A stretch of DNA of 64,000 bases from a bacterium. GTDB taxonomy: Bacteria; Chloroflexota; Dormibacteria; Dormibacterales; Dormibacteraceae. Under the pieces are notes generated by a model that saw only the letters and a program-made list of their open reading frames with translations, did not search any database and was not told the DNA's origin. The DNA is taken from the NCBI GenBank assembly GCA_004299235.1, contig SCQL01000026.1, forward strand, positions 26,240 through 90,239, in the 5' to 3' direction. Of the stretch, positions 1 to 8,481 are shown one piece after another (position 1 is the first letter of the stretch; each line of letters begins with the position of its first letter). The translations under genes and the position numbers were made by a program.

Positions 1-1512
1 CGCGTAGTCGTAATGCGGGGCGTAGAGGAAGATCGCCGGCGCCGCGTCCGCCATCAGCATCTGGAAGTCGATGTAGGCGGCCAGCCGCGCCGGCTGGTCG
101 ACCGCCGCGCGCCCGTCCTCGAGGTCCTTGTCGATCAGTCCCCAGCCGCGCGAATAGGCGAAGTTCAACGCTCCGGGGTCGGCGCCCGAGTGCCACAACG
201 TGTACTGGTCGGGATCAGGGCCGACGTCGAACGCGACCAGGGCCATCTGGTATTTCCGTCCGATGAGGTAACGCTGCACCAGCGCCGACGCCGGCACCGC
301 CTTGACGTCGACCCCGACTCCGATCTCCCCCAGCTGGCGCGCGACGGCATCCGCGATCTGCCGGTTGGGGTAGGAATCGGCCACCACCATGGAGACCTTG
401 AAGGGGGCGCCTTCTTTGGACCTCAGCCTGGCTCCCGGCTGCGTCACCCAACCGGCCGCGTCGAGCGCCTTCGCCGCCGCCAGCTGGTCGTGCGCATGCA
501 GCCCGGCCGCGGCCGCGGAGTACGCCCAATCGGCGGTCGGGATCGGGCTGGGGTCCGGGTCCGCCCTGCCGGCGAGCGCTTCGCTCACCACCCGCTCCCG
601 GTCCACCGCCTGGACGAGCGCGAGCCGGACCTTCACATCGTTGAAGAACGGCGCCCCGTCGCCCTCCGGATTGAAGCTGATGAATGCGTTGGTGAAGGTC
701 CGGACGTCCAGCACCGACACATCGGTGCGTCCCTGCAGGGCATCGACCTCCTGCGGCTCGAGGCCGCCGACCAGGTCGGCCGCGCCTGACAGCACGGCTC
801 GAATCGCCATCTGGGGGTTGCCGGCCGGATAGGTCCGCAGGATCAGGTGGTCCAGGTAGGGCTGAGGATTGGCGTAGGGATTGCGGTCCAGGGTGATGGC
901 GAGCGAGGAGATGGCCGCGACCTTGAACGGACCGGTGCCGAAGGCGCGCACGCCGCTGTAGGCGCTGGCCGCGATCTGCGGCGGCGCCATCCCGCCGAAG
1001 ATGTGCTTGGCGATGATGCCGATCCGCAGCGCCAGGGGAAACGACGCGCTCGGCGCCTTCAGCGCGAAGACCACCTGGTTCGGGCCGCCCGCCGCGACCC
1101 CGACGTCGCGCCAGAACTCGGCACCCGGCTGCTGATACTCGAGGTCCTGCAGGACGTGGAACGTGAACAGGACATCGTCCGGGGTGAAGGGCTGCCCGTC
1201 GGCCCACCGCACGTCGGTGCGGATGTTGAAGGTGTACGTGAGGTGGTCGGGCGAGATCGTCCAGCCGCTGGCCAGCAACCCGACGACGTTCTGCTGGGCA
1301 TCGATCGTGGTCAGGCCCTGGTAGATGACGCTGTCCACGTCACGCGTGGTGTCAACCGACTCGAACAGAGGATTGAGCACGCCCGCGGTGCCGACCAGGG
1401 CCTCGACCGCCGTGCCCCCCCGCGCCGGCTTCGGCACCGTCGCGACCGGCAGGCACCCCACGAGCGCCGCCACCGCCGCCACCGCGGCGGCGGCGAGCCG
1501 GCTACTTCGAAT
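1..1512 (-). CDS. ABC transporter substrate-binding lipoprotein, family 5 (oligopeptide/nickel type); C-terminus runs off the window
   Basis: Not in ORF track (no in-window stop). Hand translation of the minus frame gives (I/M)RSSRLAAAAVAAVAALVGC (lipobox), then ...GVLNPLFESVDTTRDVDSVIYQGLTTIDAQQNVVGLLASGWTISPDHLTYTFNIRTDVRWADGQPFTPDDVLFTF...FGTGPFKV..., open to position 1. Frame is closed by TGA just upstream of ATT at 1512, so the start is inferred. Confidence 0.8.
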   Translation of the reverse strand, partial: MRSSRLAAAAVAAVAALVGCLPVATVPKPARGGTAVEALVGTAGVLNPLFESVDTTRDVDSVIYQGLTTIDAQQNVVGLLASGWTISPDHLTYTFNIRTDVRWADGQPFTPDDVLFTFHVLQDLEYQQPGAEFWRDVGVAAGGPNQVVFALKAPSASFPLALRIGIIAKHIFGGMAPPQIAASAYSGVRAFGTGPFKVAAISSLAITLDRNPYANPQPYLDHLILRTYPAGNPQMAIRAVLSGAADLVGGLEPQEVDALQGRTDVSVLDVRTFTNAFISFNPEGDGAPFFNDVKVRLALVQAVDRERVVSEALAGRADPDPSPIPTADWAYSAAAAGLHAHDQLAAAKALDAAGWVTQPGARLRSKEGAPFKVSMVVADSYPNRQIADAVARQLGEIGVGVDVKAVPASALVQRYLIGRKYQMALVAFDVGPDPDQYTLWHSGADPGALNFAYSRGWGLIDKDLEDGRAAVDQPARLAAYIDFQMLMADAAPAIFLYAPHYDYA

Positions 1513-1759
1513 GAGTTGTCACCCAGATGTTGGCCAGCGAGCAGAGCAGGAAGGCCGCCGCCAGGACCCAGGTCGTCCAGTAGACCTGGCGTTCGAGGCC
1601 GCGACGGGTGCGATACCCGCCGCCCAACCCATCGCCGCCGCCACCACCGATCGTGCCGCCGAGCCCGGACGCCTTGGGCGTCTGGATGAGCACGCCCGCC
1701 ATCAGGAAGAGGGCGAGAACGGCCTCGAGGATGACGAGCGCATTCCTAACCTTGTCCAA
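1502..1759 (-). CDS. secG: preprotein translocase subunit SecG
   Basis: 85 aa, two TM helices flanking a Gly-rich loop (LIQTPKASGLGGTIGGGGGDGLGG). Sits after tpiA/gpmA as in Actinomycetota. Confidence 0.85.
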   Translation of the reverse strand: MDKVRNALVILEAVLALFLMAGVLIQTPKASGLGGTIGGGGGDGLGGGYRTRRGLERQVYWTTWVLAAAFLLCSLANIWVTTHSK

Positions 1760-1791
1760 AGCGCCGGAATTCTACCGGTTCCCTCGCGATC

Positions 1792-2409
1792 TCAGTTGGT
1801 CCAGACGGTCCCAAACCTGGCCTGGATGGCATCCCAATTCAGGGTGTTGAACCACGCGGCGACGTAGTCGGCCCGCTTGTTCTGGTACCTGAGGTAGTAG
1901 GCGTGCTCCCACACGTCAACGCCCAGGATCGGCGTCAGTCCCTCCATGTACGGGCTGTCCTGGTTCGGATAGGCCTTGATCGACAGCTTGCCGGCCTTGT
2001 CGGCCACGAGCCACGCCCAACCGCTCCCGAACTGGCCGACGGCCGCCTTCTGCAGCTGCTCCTTGAAGGTGTCGTAGCCGCCGAACGCGTTCTTGATGGC
2101 GTCGCCCAGCCTGCCTGGCGGGTTGCCGCCGCCTCCCGGGCCCATGATGCTCCAGAAGATCGAATGGTTGGAGTGACCGCCCGCGTTGTTGCGAATCGTG
2201 CCGCGAATCTCCGCCGGCACCTGGTCGATGCCCCACAGGAGGTCCTCGACCGACTTCTTGGCCAGCTCCGGATACTTCTCCAGCGCCGCGTTGGCGTTGT
2301 TGACGTACGCGGCATGGTGCTTGCCGTGATGGATCTCCATCGTCTTGGCGTCGATGTGCGGCTCGAGCGCATCCAACGAGTAGGGAAGCGGCGGAAGCTC
2401 AAAGGCCAT
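1792..2409 (-). CDS. sodA: Fe/Mn superoxide dismutase
   Basis: [36 protein letters not shown]...[18 protein letters not shown]: canonical Fe/Mn-SOD motifs. Confidence 0.95.
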   Translation of the reverse strand: MAFELPPLPYSLDALEPHIDAKTMEIHHGKHHAAYVNNANAALEKYPELAKKSVEDLLWGIDQVPAEIRGTIRNNAGGHSNHSIFWSIMGPGGGGNPPGRLGDAIKNAFGGYDTFKEQLQKAAVGQFGSGWAWLVADKAGKLSIKAYPNQDSPYMEGLTPILGVDVWEHAYYLRYQNKRADYVAAWFNTLNWDAIQARFGTVWTN

Positions 2410-2533
2410 CGGGAACCCCCTTTTGTGAAGGTGTGTAGATCAGATGCGCGCCCTGCGCGTGCGTTGTCGAATCCAGTCTAAGTGGTGCGCGACGGAGGCA
2501 CGGCCATCCATCGGCGGCCGGGCCCCGGGACGG

Positions 2534-3322
2534 CTACGCGGAATCGTGCTTCGATCCGCCCGCCTGGGCCCGCACCGCGGCCGCGCGACGTTCGATCTCC
2601 ACAGGATCGCCCAGGTAGCGCCAGGACGTCGGACGGAAGTCGGCGCCCAACTCGTACACGCGAGGCACCCCAGTCGGGATGTCGAGATCGACGACCTCCT
2701 GGTCGGACAGCAGGTCCAGGTGCTTGACCAACGCTCGCAGGCTGTTGCCGTGCGCGGACACCAGCACGCAGGAGTGAGCGAGCAGATCAGGGACGATGGC
2801 GTCGTACCAGTAGGGCAGCATCCTCGCGACCACGTCCTTCAGGCACTCGGCGTTCGGGAGCAGCTCAGCAGGTAGTCCCGCGTACCTCGGATCGTGCGAC
2901 GGATGGCGCTCGTCCGAGGGATCGAGGTCGGGCGGGCGGACGTCGTAGCTCCTGCGCCAGAGCTTGACCTTGTCAGCCCCGTACCTCTCCGCAGTCTGTT
3001 GCTTGTTCAGTCCCTGCAGCCCCCCGTAGTGGCGCTCGTTGAGCCGCCAGCTGCGACGAACAGGGATCCAGGTGAGTCCCATCTCACCAAGGGCCAGGTC
3101 CGCGGTCTCGATCGCGCGCACCAGGAGCGAGGTGTGCACCAGCTCCGGCGCCAGCCCGGCGGCCTTCATCAACCGTCCCGCCTCGATGGCTTCGGCCGTG
3201 CCCCGCTCGCTCAACGGAACGTCGTGCCAGCCGGTGAAGAGGTTCTCCAGGTTCCAGGTGCTCTGCCCGTGACGGAGCAGGATCAGGGTGCGGGGCCGGG
3301 TGAGGCGCCCCCGCGAACTCAC
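2534..3322 (-). CDS. gpmA: 2,3-bisphosphoglycerate-dependent phosphoglycerate mutase
   Basis: LILLRHGQSTWNLENLFTGWHDVPLSERG ... SAHGNSLRAL: histidine phosphatase/dPGM signature. Confidence 0.9.
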   Translation of the reverse strand: MSSRGRLTRPRTLILLRHGQSTWNLENLFTGWHDVPLSERGTAEAIEAGRLMKAAGLAPELVHTSLLVRAIETADLALGEMGLTWIPVRRSWRLNERHYGGLQGLNKQQTAERYGADKVKLWRRSYDVRPPDLDPSDERHPSHDPRYAGLPAELLPNAECLKDVVARMLPYWYDAIVPDLLAHSCVLVSAHGNSLRALVKHLDLLSDQEVVDLDIPTGVPRVYELGADFRPTSWRYLGDPVEIERRAAAVRAQAGGSKHDSA

Positions 3323-3349
3323 AGCGCCGCCTCCAAGCGCGAGGGGATC

Positions 3350-4150
3350 TCAGCGATGGCCGTACACCTCGGCCGTCACCTTGACGATGTGGGCGAACTC
3401 CGCCGCATCGAGGCTGGCCCCGCCGACCAGGCAGCCATCGCAGAGCGGGAGCTCGACGTACGACTCGACATTGCTGGAGTTGACGCTACCGCCGTACAGC
3501 ACTCGGACCTTGCGAGCGGCGCCGGCTCCGATCATCTCCCCCACGACCCGCCGGATGAGCCGCATCGTCTTGTAAGCGTGCTCGGGGTCCGCGCTCTTGC
3601 CGCTGCCGATCGCCCAGACCGGCTCGTAGGCGATCACCAGCCTGGCCGAGTCGTCGGCCGAGCAATTGGCCAGGCCGGCTCTGACCTGAGCGGTGACGAT
3701 CTGGTCCGACGTACCGGCGTCGTAGTGTTCACCGAGCTCACCGACGCACATGATCACGTTCAGCCCGGTGGCGAGGGCGGCGGCTGTTTTCTTGGCCACC
3801 ATCTCGTCTGTCTCACCGAGGTAGATCCGGCGCTCGGAGTGCCCGACGATCACCCACTGGCACCAGCCTTTGAGCATCGCCGGCGACACCTCGCCCGTGT
3901 AAGCGCCCGACGCCTCCCAGAAGCAGTCCTGGGCGCCGAGCTTGACCCCCGACTGGTCCAGCACCTCCGCCACGCCGAGCAGCCAGGGAAACGGCGGGAA
4001 GACGACCACCTCCACCCGGTCGGCATGCCCTCTCGCCACCGCCAGCACGCCCCGCACCAGGTCGAGCGCGTCCTCGGCGTCGCTCGGGTTCATCTTCCAG
4101 TTGGCCGCCACCAGCGGCGTCTGCGTAAAGCGGCTCGACATCGCCCTCAC
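3350..4150 (-). CDS. tpiA: triosephosphate isomerase
   Basis: PLVAANWKMN ... VIVGHSERR ... AYEPVWAIGSG ... YGGSV. GTG start shares GTGA with the pgk stop. Confidence 0.95.
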   Translation of the reverse strand: MRAMSSRFTQTPLVAANWKMNPSDAEDALDLVRGVLAVARGHADRVEVVVFPPFPWLLGVAEVLDQSGVKLGAQDCFWEASGAYTGEVSPAMLKGWCQWVIVGHSERRIYLGETDEMVAKKTAAALATGLNVIMCVGELGEHYDAGTSDQIVTAQVRAGLANCSADDSARLVIAYEPVWAIGSGKSADPEHAYKTMRLIRRVVGEMIGAGAARKVRVLYGGSVNSSNVESYVELPLCDGCLVGGASLDAAEFAHIVKVTAEVYGHR

Positions 4151-5313
4151 GTCTCCTTCAAGATCGCGACGCCGGGGAGCTGCTTGCCTTCCAGGTACTC
4201 GAGTGTCGCGCCGCCGCCGGTCGAGACGTGTGAGAAGCGACCCCCAAGACCCAGCGAATCGACGGCGGCCACCGTGTCGCCACCGCCGACCAGGGTGTAC
4301 GCACCGGAGGCCGCGATCGCTTCGCCGATCGCGCGCGTGCCGTCGCTGAAGTCCCGGAGCTCAGAGACGCCCATCGGGCCGTTCCAGACGATCGCGCCGG
4401 CCCCGCGCAGGCGCTCGCTGAACAGCGCCACCGACTTCGGGCCGATATCGAGAGCCATCCAGCCGGGCTCGACCGCGTCCGCCGCCATGATGCGCAACGG
4501 CTCGCCGGCCTCCATGCGGCGCGCGCACACGAGGTCGACCGGCAGGAGCAGCTTGCGGCCGGCCTGTTCGGCGACCTCTTTCGCCACCGGCAGGGCGCTG
4601 TCTTCGACCAGTCCGTTTCCGGTCTGGAGACCACGAGCCTTGAAGAACGTGTTGGCCATCGCCCCGCCGATGATTAGCGCATCGACCTTTTCCAGCAGGT
4701 GGCGGACCACCCCGACCTTGGTCGATACCTTCGCCCCACCGACGACCGCCAGCATGGGGCGCCGGGGATGGTCCAGCGCCTGGTGCAGGGCCATCAGCTC
4801 CGACTCCATCAGCTCACCAGCGAACGCCGGAAGATACTCCGCCACCCCGACCACCGAGGCGTGAGCGCGATGCGAGGCGGCGAACGCGTCATTGACGAAC
4901 AGCTCGCCGAGCGAGGCCAGGCGGTGCGCGAAGTCGGGGTCGTTGGCCTCCTCCTCGGGATGGAACCGGACGTTCTCCAGCAACAGGACCTGCCCGGCCT
5001 GCAGCTTGCCGACGGCCGAGCGCGCGGGCTCGCCGACGCAGTCTTCGGCGAAATGCACCTCACGGTCGAGCTCGTGCGCCAGCTTCATGCCCACCGGGCG
5101 GAGGGAGAGGTCGGGCTCGGCGCCTTTGGGGCGGCCGAGGTGCGACATGACGATGACCTTGGCGCCGCGCTGAGCGAGGTGCTGCAGCGTCGGGATGGCG
5201 GCGCGGATCCGGGCGTCATCGGTGATGGCGCCTTTGGACATCGGCACGTTGAGGTCCTCGCGAACGAGGACCCGCCTGCCGGCGACGTCGACGGAGGTAA
5301 TCGAAGCTTTCAG
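4147..5313 (-). CDS. pgk: phosphoglycerate kinase
   Basis: The 3' part of the 639-aa ORF reads (L/M)KASITSVDVAGRRVLVREDLNVPMSKGAITDDARIRAAIPT...VMSHLGRPKG...GGGDT. The part upstream of 5313 is a shadow of gap. Start inferred as CTG 5313 (CTGA overlap with gap stop); alternative is ATT 5301. Confidence 0.9.
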   Translation of the reverse strand: MKASITSVDVAGRRVLVREDLNVPMSKGAITDDARIRAAIPTLQHLAQRGAKVIVMSHLGRPKGAEPDLSLRPVGMKLAHELDREVHFAEDCVGEPARSAVGKLQAGQVLLLENVRFHPEEEANDPDFAHRLASLGELFVNDAFAASHRAHASVVGVAEYLPAFAGELMESELMALHQALDHPRRPMLAVVGGAKVSTKVGVVRHLLEKVDALIIGGAMANTFFKARGLQTGNGLVEDSALPVAKEVAEQAGRKLLLPVDLVCARRMEAGEPLRIMAADAVEPGWMALDIGPKSVALFSERLRGAGAIVWNGPMGVSELRDFSDGTRAIGEAIAASGAYTLVGGGDTVAAVDSLGLGGRFSHVSTGGGATLEYLEGKQLPGVAILKET

Positions 5314-6320
5314 AGCCGTTCCGCAATGTGGGTGATGAGGTCGACCATGCGGCAGCTGAAGCCCCATTCGTTGTCGTACCAGCTCACCACCTTGGCCCAC
5401 GCGCCGCCGAGCATCAGCGTGAGTGGCGCGTCGACGATCGAGGAGTGCGAATCGCCCTTGAAGTCGGCGGACACGAGGTCTTCGTGGCTGACCGCGAGGA
5501 TGCCTCTGAGCTGTCCGCCGGCGGCTTCGTCGAAGGCGGCGTTGATGTCCTGGGCGGTCGTCGTCCTGGCCAGCTCCACCGTGAGGTCGACCACGGAGAC
5601 GTCGAGTATCGGGACCCGGAAGGCCATGCCGGCGAACTTTCCCGACAGCTCGGGCAGGACCTCTGCGACCGCCTTGTTGGCGCCGGTCGAGGTCGGGATG
5701 ATGTTGTCCGCCGCGGCGCGCGCGCGCCGCAGGTCCTTGTGCGGAAGATCCTGCAGACGCTGGTCCGCGGTGTAGGCGTGGATCGTGGTCATCATGCCGC
5801 GCTCGATCCCGAACGAGTCGTGCAGGACCTTGGCCACCGGCACGAAGCAGTTGGTCGTGCAGCTCGCGTTGGAGACGACGGCGTGCTTCTCGGCGTCGTA
5901 GCCCTTGTGGTTGACGCCCATGACGATGGTGTAGTCCTGGTTGGTCGCGGGGGCGGAGATGATCACCTTCTTGGCGCCGCCCCGGTCGATGTGGACGCGG
6001 GCCTTGGTGGCGTCCGTGAACAGGCCGGTCGACTCGACCACGACCTCCACGCCGAGGTCCCTCCACGGCAGCTCCGCGGGGTCGCGGTGGCTCAGGAACT
6101 TGACCACCTTCCCATCGACCTTGATGGCGTCGCCGTCGGCCGAAACCGCGGGTCCGAAAGTCCCCAGGGCGGTGTCGTGCTTGAGTAGATGGCCGAACGT
6201 TCTGGCGTCGCCGATGTCATTGACGGCGACGATCTCGAAGTCCGGCTTCAGCTCGTGCGCAGCCCGGTAGATGTTGCGGCCGATGCGCCCGAAGCCGTTG
6301 ATTCCTACCCTGGTGGTCAT
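5310..6320 (-). CDS. gap: type I glyceraldehyde-3-phosphate dehydrogenase
   Basis: RVGINGFGRIGRN ... SNASCTTNC ... WYDNEWGF. Confidence 0.95.
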   Translation of the reverse strand: MTTRVGINGFGRIGRNIYRAAHELKPDFEIVAVNDIGDARTFGHLLKHDTALGTFGPAVSADGDAIKVDGKVVKFLSHRDPAELPWRDLGVEVVVESTGLFTDATKARVHIDRGGAKKVIISAPATNQDYTIVMGVNHKGYDAEKHAVVSNASCTTNCFVPVAKVLHDSFGIERGMMTTIHAYTADQRLQDLPHKDLRRARAAADNIIPTSTGANKAVAEVLPELSGKFAGMAFRVPILDVSVVDLTVELARTTTAQDINAAFDEAAGGQLRGILAVSHEDLVSADFKGDSHSSIVDAPLTLMLGGAWAKVVSWYDNEWGFSCRMVDLITHIAERL

Positions 6321-6425
6321 CTAGTCGCGAGCTCCTCTATTGCATGGGCGCCCTGTGCGCGCCGGGCCTGCCGGCCCAGCACGGATGGCGGGGGGCGACG
6401 AATCCCTGAGATCGACCGACTAATG

Positions 6426-7343
6426 TTAGGCGGAGCGGCGCGCCGGTTTGGGCGAGTTGACGTTGCCCGGGGCGGCCAGCTCCTGCAGCCGGCGCAAGCG
6501 GTGGTTGACGGCCGACTTGGAGAGCTTCATGCGCCCGGCCAGCTCCCCCAGGTTGAGCTGAGGGTTGGCGGTGCGCCATCGGGCCATCTCCCGCAGGGCG
6601 GGCGGGAGCCGTTCCAGCCTGCCGGTGGACTCGAGCCGTTCGATCGCCGCCGCCTGCCGCAGCCCCGATCCGATCGTCTTGCCGATGTTGGCGGTCTCGA
6701 AGTTCAAGCGGCGGTTGACTTCGCCACTGACCTCGCGGACGACGCGCACGTTCTCGAACTCCATGACCGCGCGGCTGGCGCCCATGAGCGAGAGCAGGCG
6801 GGCAATGCCGTCGCCGTCTTTGAGGTAGACGACGTGGTGGCCGCTGCGCTCCATGATCCCCGCCTTCGCGCCCGCCGACTCGGCCAGCTCGCCGATGGCC
6901 TTCGCCCAGGAAGCGGTCGGGGCCACGAACTCGAGGTGGTAGCGAGAGCTCGGTGCGTTCACGGACCCGCAGCCCAGGAACAGGCCGCGAAGGATCGCCT
7001 TGCGATCGCACGCCGCCTCGGGCACGGCCCGTGTCGCGGCCTGGGTGAATGCGGGCGCCACCCCGGCCGGCAGGGACAGCTCGATGAAGAACGACATGCG
7101 CTTGCGAGTCCTCACCGCCTGGTACTTCGCGTCCAAGTGCCCGACGGCCCGGCCGAGTCTCACGACCTTGCGGGCGACCGCGTTGCGCAGCAGCGAGAAA
7201 TAGGCCGCCTGGCCGTCACCGGGCCTCTTGATCAGCCGGCCGCGCGAGCCGAAATAGATCCCCAGCAGCTCGCTGAGCTGGCAGCAGGGCCGCGCCGGCA
7301 GAAGTCCGGCCATCTCGTTCTTGACGTCCGCCGAGAACGAAAT
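6426..7343 (-). CDS. whiA: DNA-binding sporulation/cell-division regulator WhiA
   Basis: LAGLIDADG-like middle region and C-terminal HTH (LNLGELAGRMKLSKSAVNHRLRRL). Conserved N-terminal segment ISFSADVKNEMAGLLPARPCC lies upstream of the track ATG (7313). ATT at 7343 is preceded by GGGAGG 8 nt upstream, and an in-frame TAG lies at 7397-7395. Confidence 0.85.
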   Translation of the reverse strand: MSFSADVKNEMAGLLPARPCCQLSELLGIYFGSRGRLIKRPGDGQAAYFSLLRNAVARKVVRLGRAVGHLDAKYQAVRTRKRMSFFIELSLPAGVAPAFTQAATRAVPEAACDRKAILRGLFLGCGSVNAPSSRYHLEFVAPTASWAKAIGELAESAGAKAGIMERSGHHVVYLKDGDGIARLLSLMGASRAVMEFENVRVVREVSGEVNRRLNFETANIGKTIGSGLRQAAAIERLESTGRLERLPPALREMARWRTANPQLNLGELAGRMKLSKSAVNHRLRRLQELAAPGNVNSPKPARRSA

Positions 7344-7497
7344 CCCGTGTACCTCCCAGGAACGTGATGGATACCCTCGCCCCTGGGATGCAGTCTACCC
7401 CTCGTCACCGGCCGGAGCGCGGATCGGCCCGCGGCGGGCTTGGCGCATGCAAGCGGGCGTCTGGCGCTGGACAATGTGCTCGAGGCACGACGTTCAC

Positions 7498-8481
7498 ATG
7501 GCTGAGATGAGGATGATCGAGGCGGTTCGCGCGGCCATGGCCGAGGAGATGGAGCGCGACGGCCGGGTGCTCGTCATGGGCGAGGACGTCGGGCGCAAGG
7601 GCGGGGTTTTCGGCGCCACCGACGGCCTGCACGCGCGCTTTGGCGAATCCCGCGTCCTCGACACCCCGCTCGCGGAGTCGGCCATCGTCGGAGTCGCGAT
7701 CGGGGCCGCGCTCAACGGGCTGATCCCCATCGCCGAGATCCAGTTCGCGGACTTCATCCACCCGGCCTTCGATCAAATCGTCAGCGAGGCCGCGCGCACG
7801 CGGTATCGCTCCAACGGCGACTGGTCGGTGCCGATCGTCATCCGCGCGCCCTTCGGCGGCGGCGTCCACGGCGGGCTGTATCACTCGCAGTCGATCGAGG
7901 CCTTCTACGCTCATGTGCCCGGCCTCAAGGTGGTCGTGCCCAGCCTGCCGGCCGATGCCAAAGGGCTGCTCAAGTCGGCCGTCCGCGACCCGGACCCCGT
8001 GCTCTTCCTCGAGCACAAGAAGGTGTACCGGCTGGTCGCCCAGGAGATACCGGACGGGGACCACCTGGTCCCCATCGGTCCCGCCGCCGTGCGGCGTCCG
8101 GGGACGGGACTGAGCTGCTTTGCCTGGGGCCTGATGACCCATTACTGCCTGGAGGCGGCCGAGCAGCTCGGGTCGGAAGGCGTCAGCGTCGAGGTGGTCG
8201 ACCTCCGGACGCTGGCGCCGCTGGATCGCCAGACGATCCTCGACTCCGTCCGCCGGACCGGCAAGGCGATGGTGGTGCACGAGGACAACCTCACCGGCGG
8301 ATTCGGCGCCGAGGTGGCCGCGATCATCTCGGAGCACGCGTTCGACAGCCTCGACGGGCCGGTGGTGCGCGTGGCGGCGCCGGACATCCCCGCGATGCCC
8401 TTCAACACTCCCCAGGAGGAGTTCTTCATGCCCAACCCGGGGAAGATCGCGGAGGCGATGCGCAAGCTTGCGGCGTACTAG
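7498..8481 (+). CDS. 2-oxoacid (pyruvate/acetoin/BCKA) dehydrogenase E1 component, beta subunit
   Basis: MAEMRMIEAVRAAMAEEMERDGRVLVMGEDVG...DTPLAESAIVGVAIGAA...; transketolase Pyr and C-terminal domains. Start moved to ATG 7498. Confidence 0.9.
   Translation: MAEMRMIEAVRAAMAEEMERDGRVLVMGEDVGRKGGVFGATDGLHARFGESRVLDTPLAESAIVGVAIGAALNGLIPIAEIQFADFIHPAFDQIVSEAARTRYRSNGDWSVPIVIRAPFGGGVHGGLYHSQSIEAFYAHVPGLKVVVPSLPADAKGLLKSAVRDPDPVLFLEHKKVYRLVAQEIPDGDHLVPIGPAAVRRPGTGLSCFAWGLMTHYCLEAAEQLGSEGVSVEVVDLRTLAPLDRQTILDSVRRTGKAMVVHEDNLTGGFGAEVAAIISEHAFDSLDGPVVRVAAPDIPAMPFNTPQEEFFMPNPGKIAEAMRKLAAY

Noticed and set aside
4147-6066. 639-aa ORF that looks like a giant fusion upstream of pgk
   Set aside because: Only the C-terminal ~390 aa are PGK. 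The N-terminal ~250 aa (Arg/Gly/Pro-rich) are the out-of-frame shadow of gap (5310-6320), which has unmistakable GAPDH motifs.
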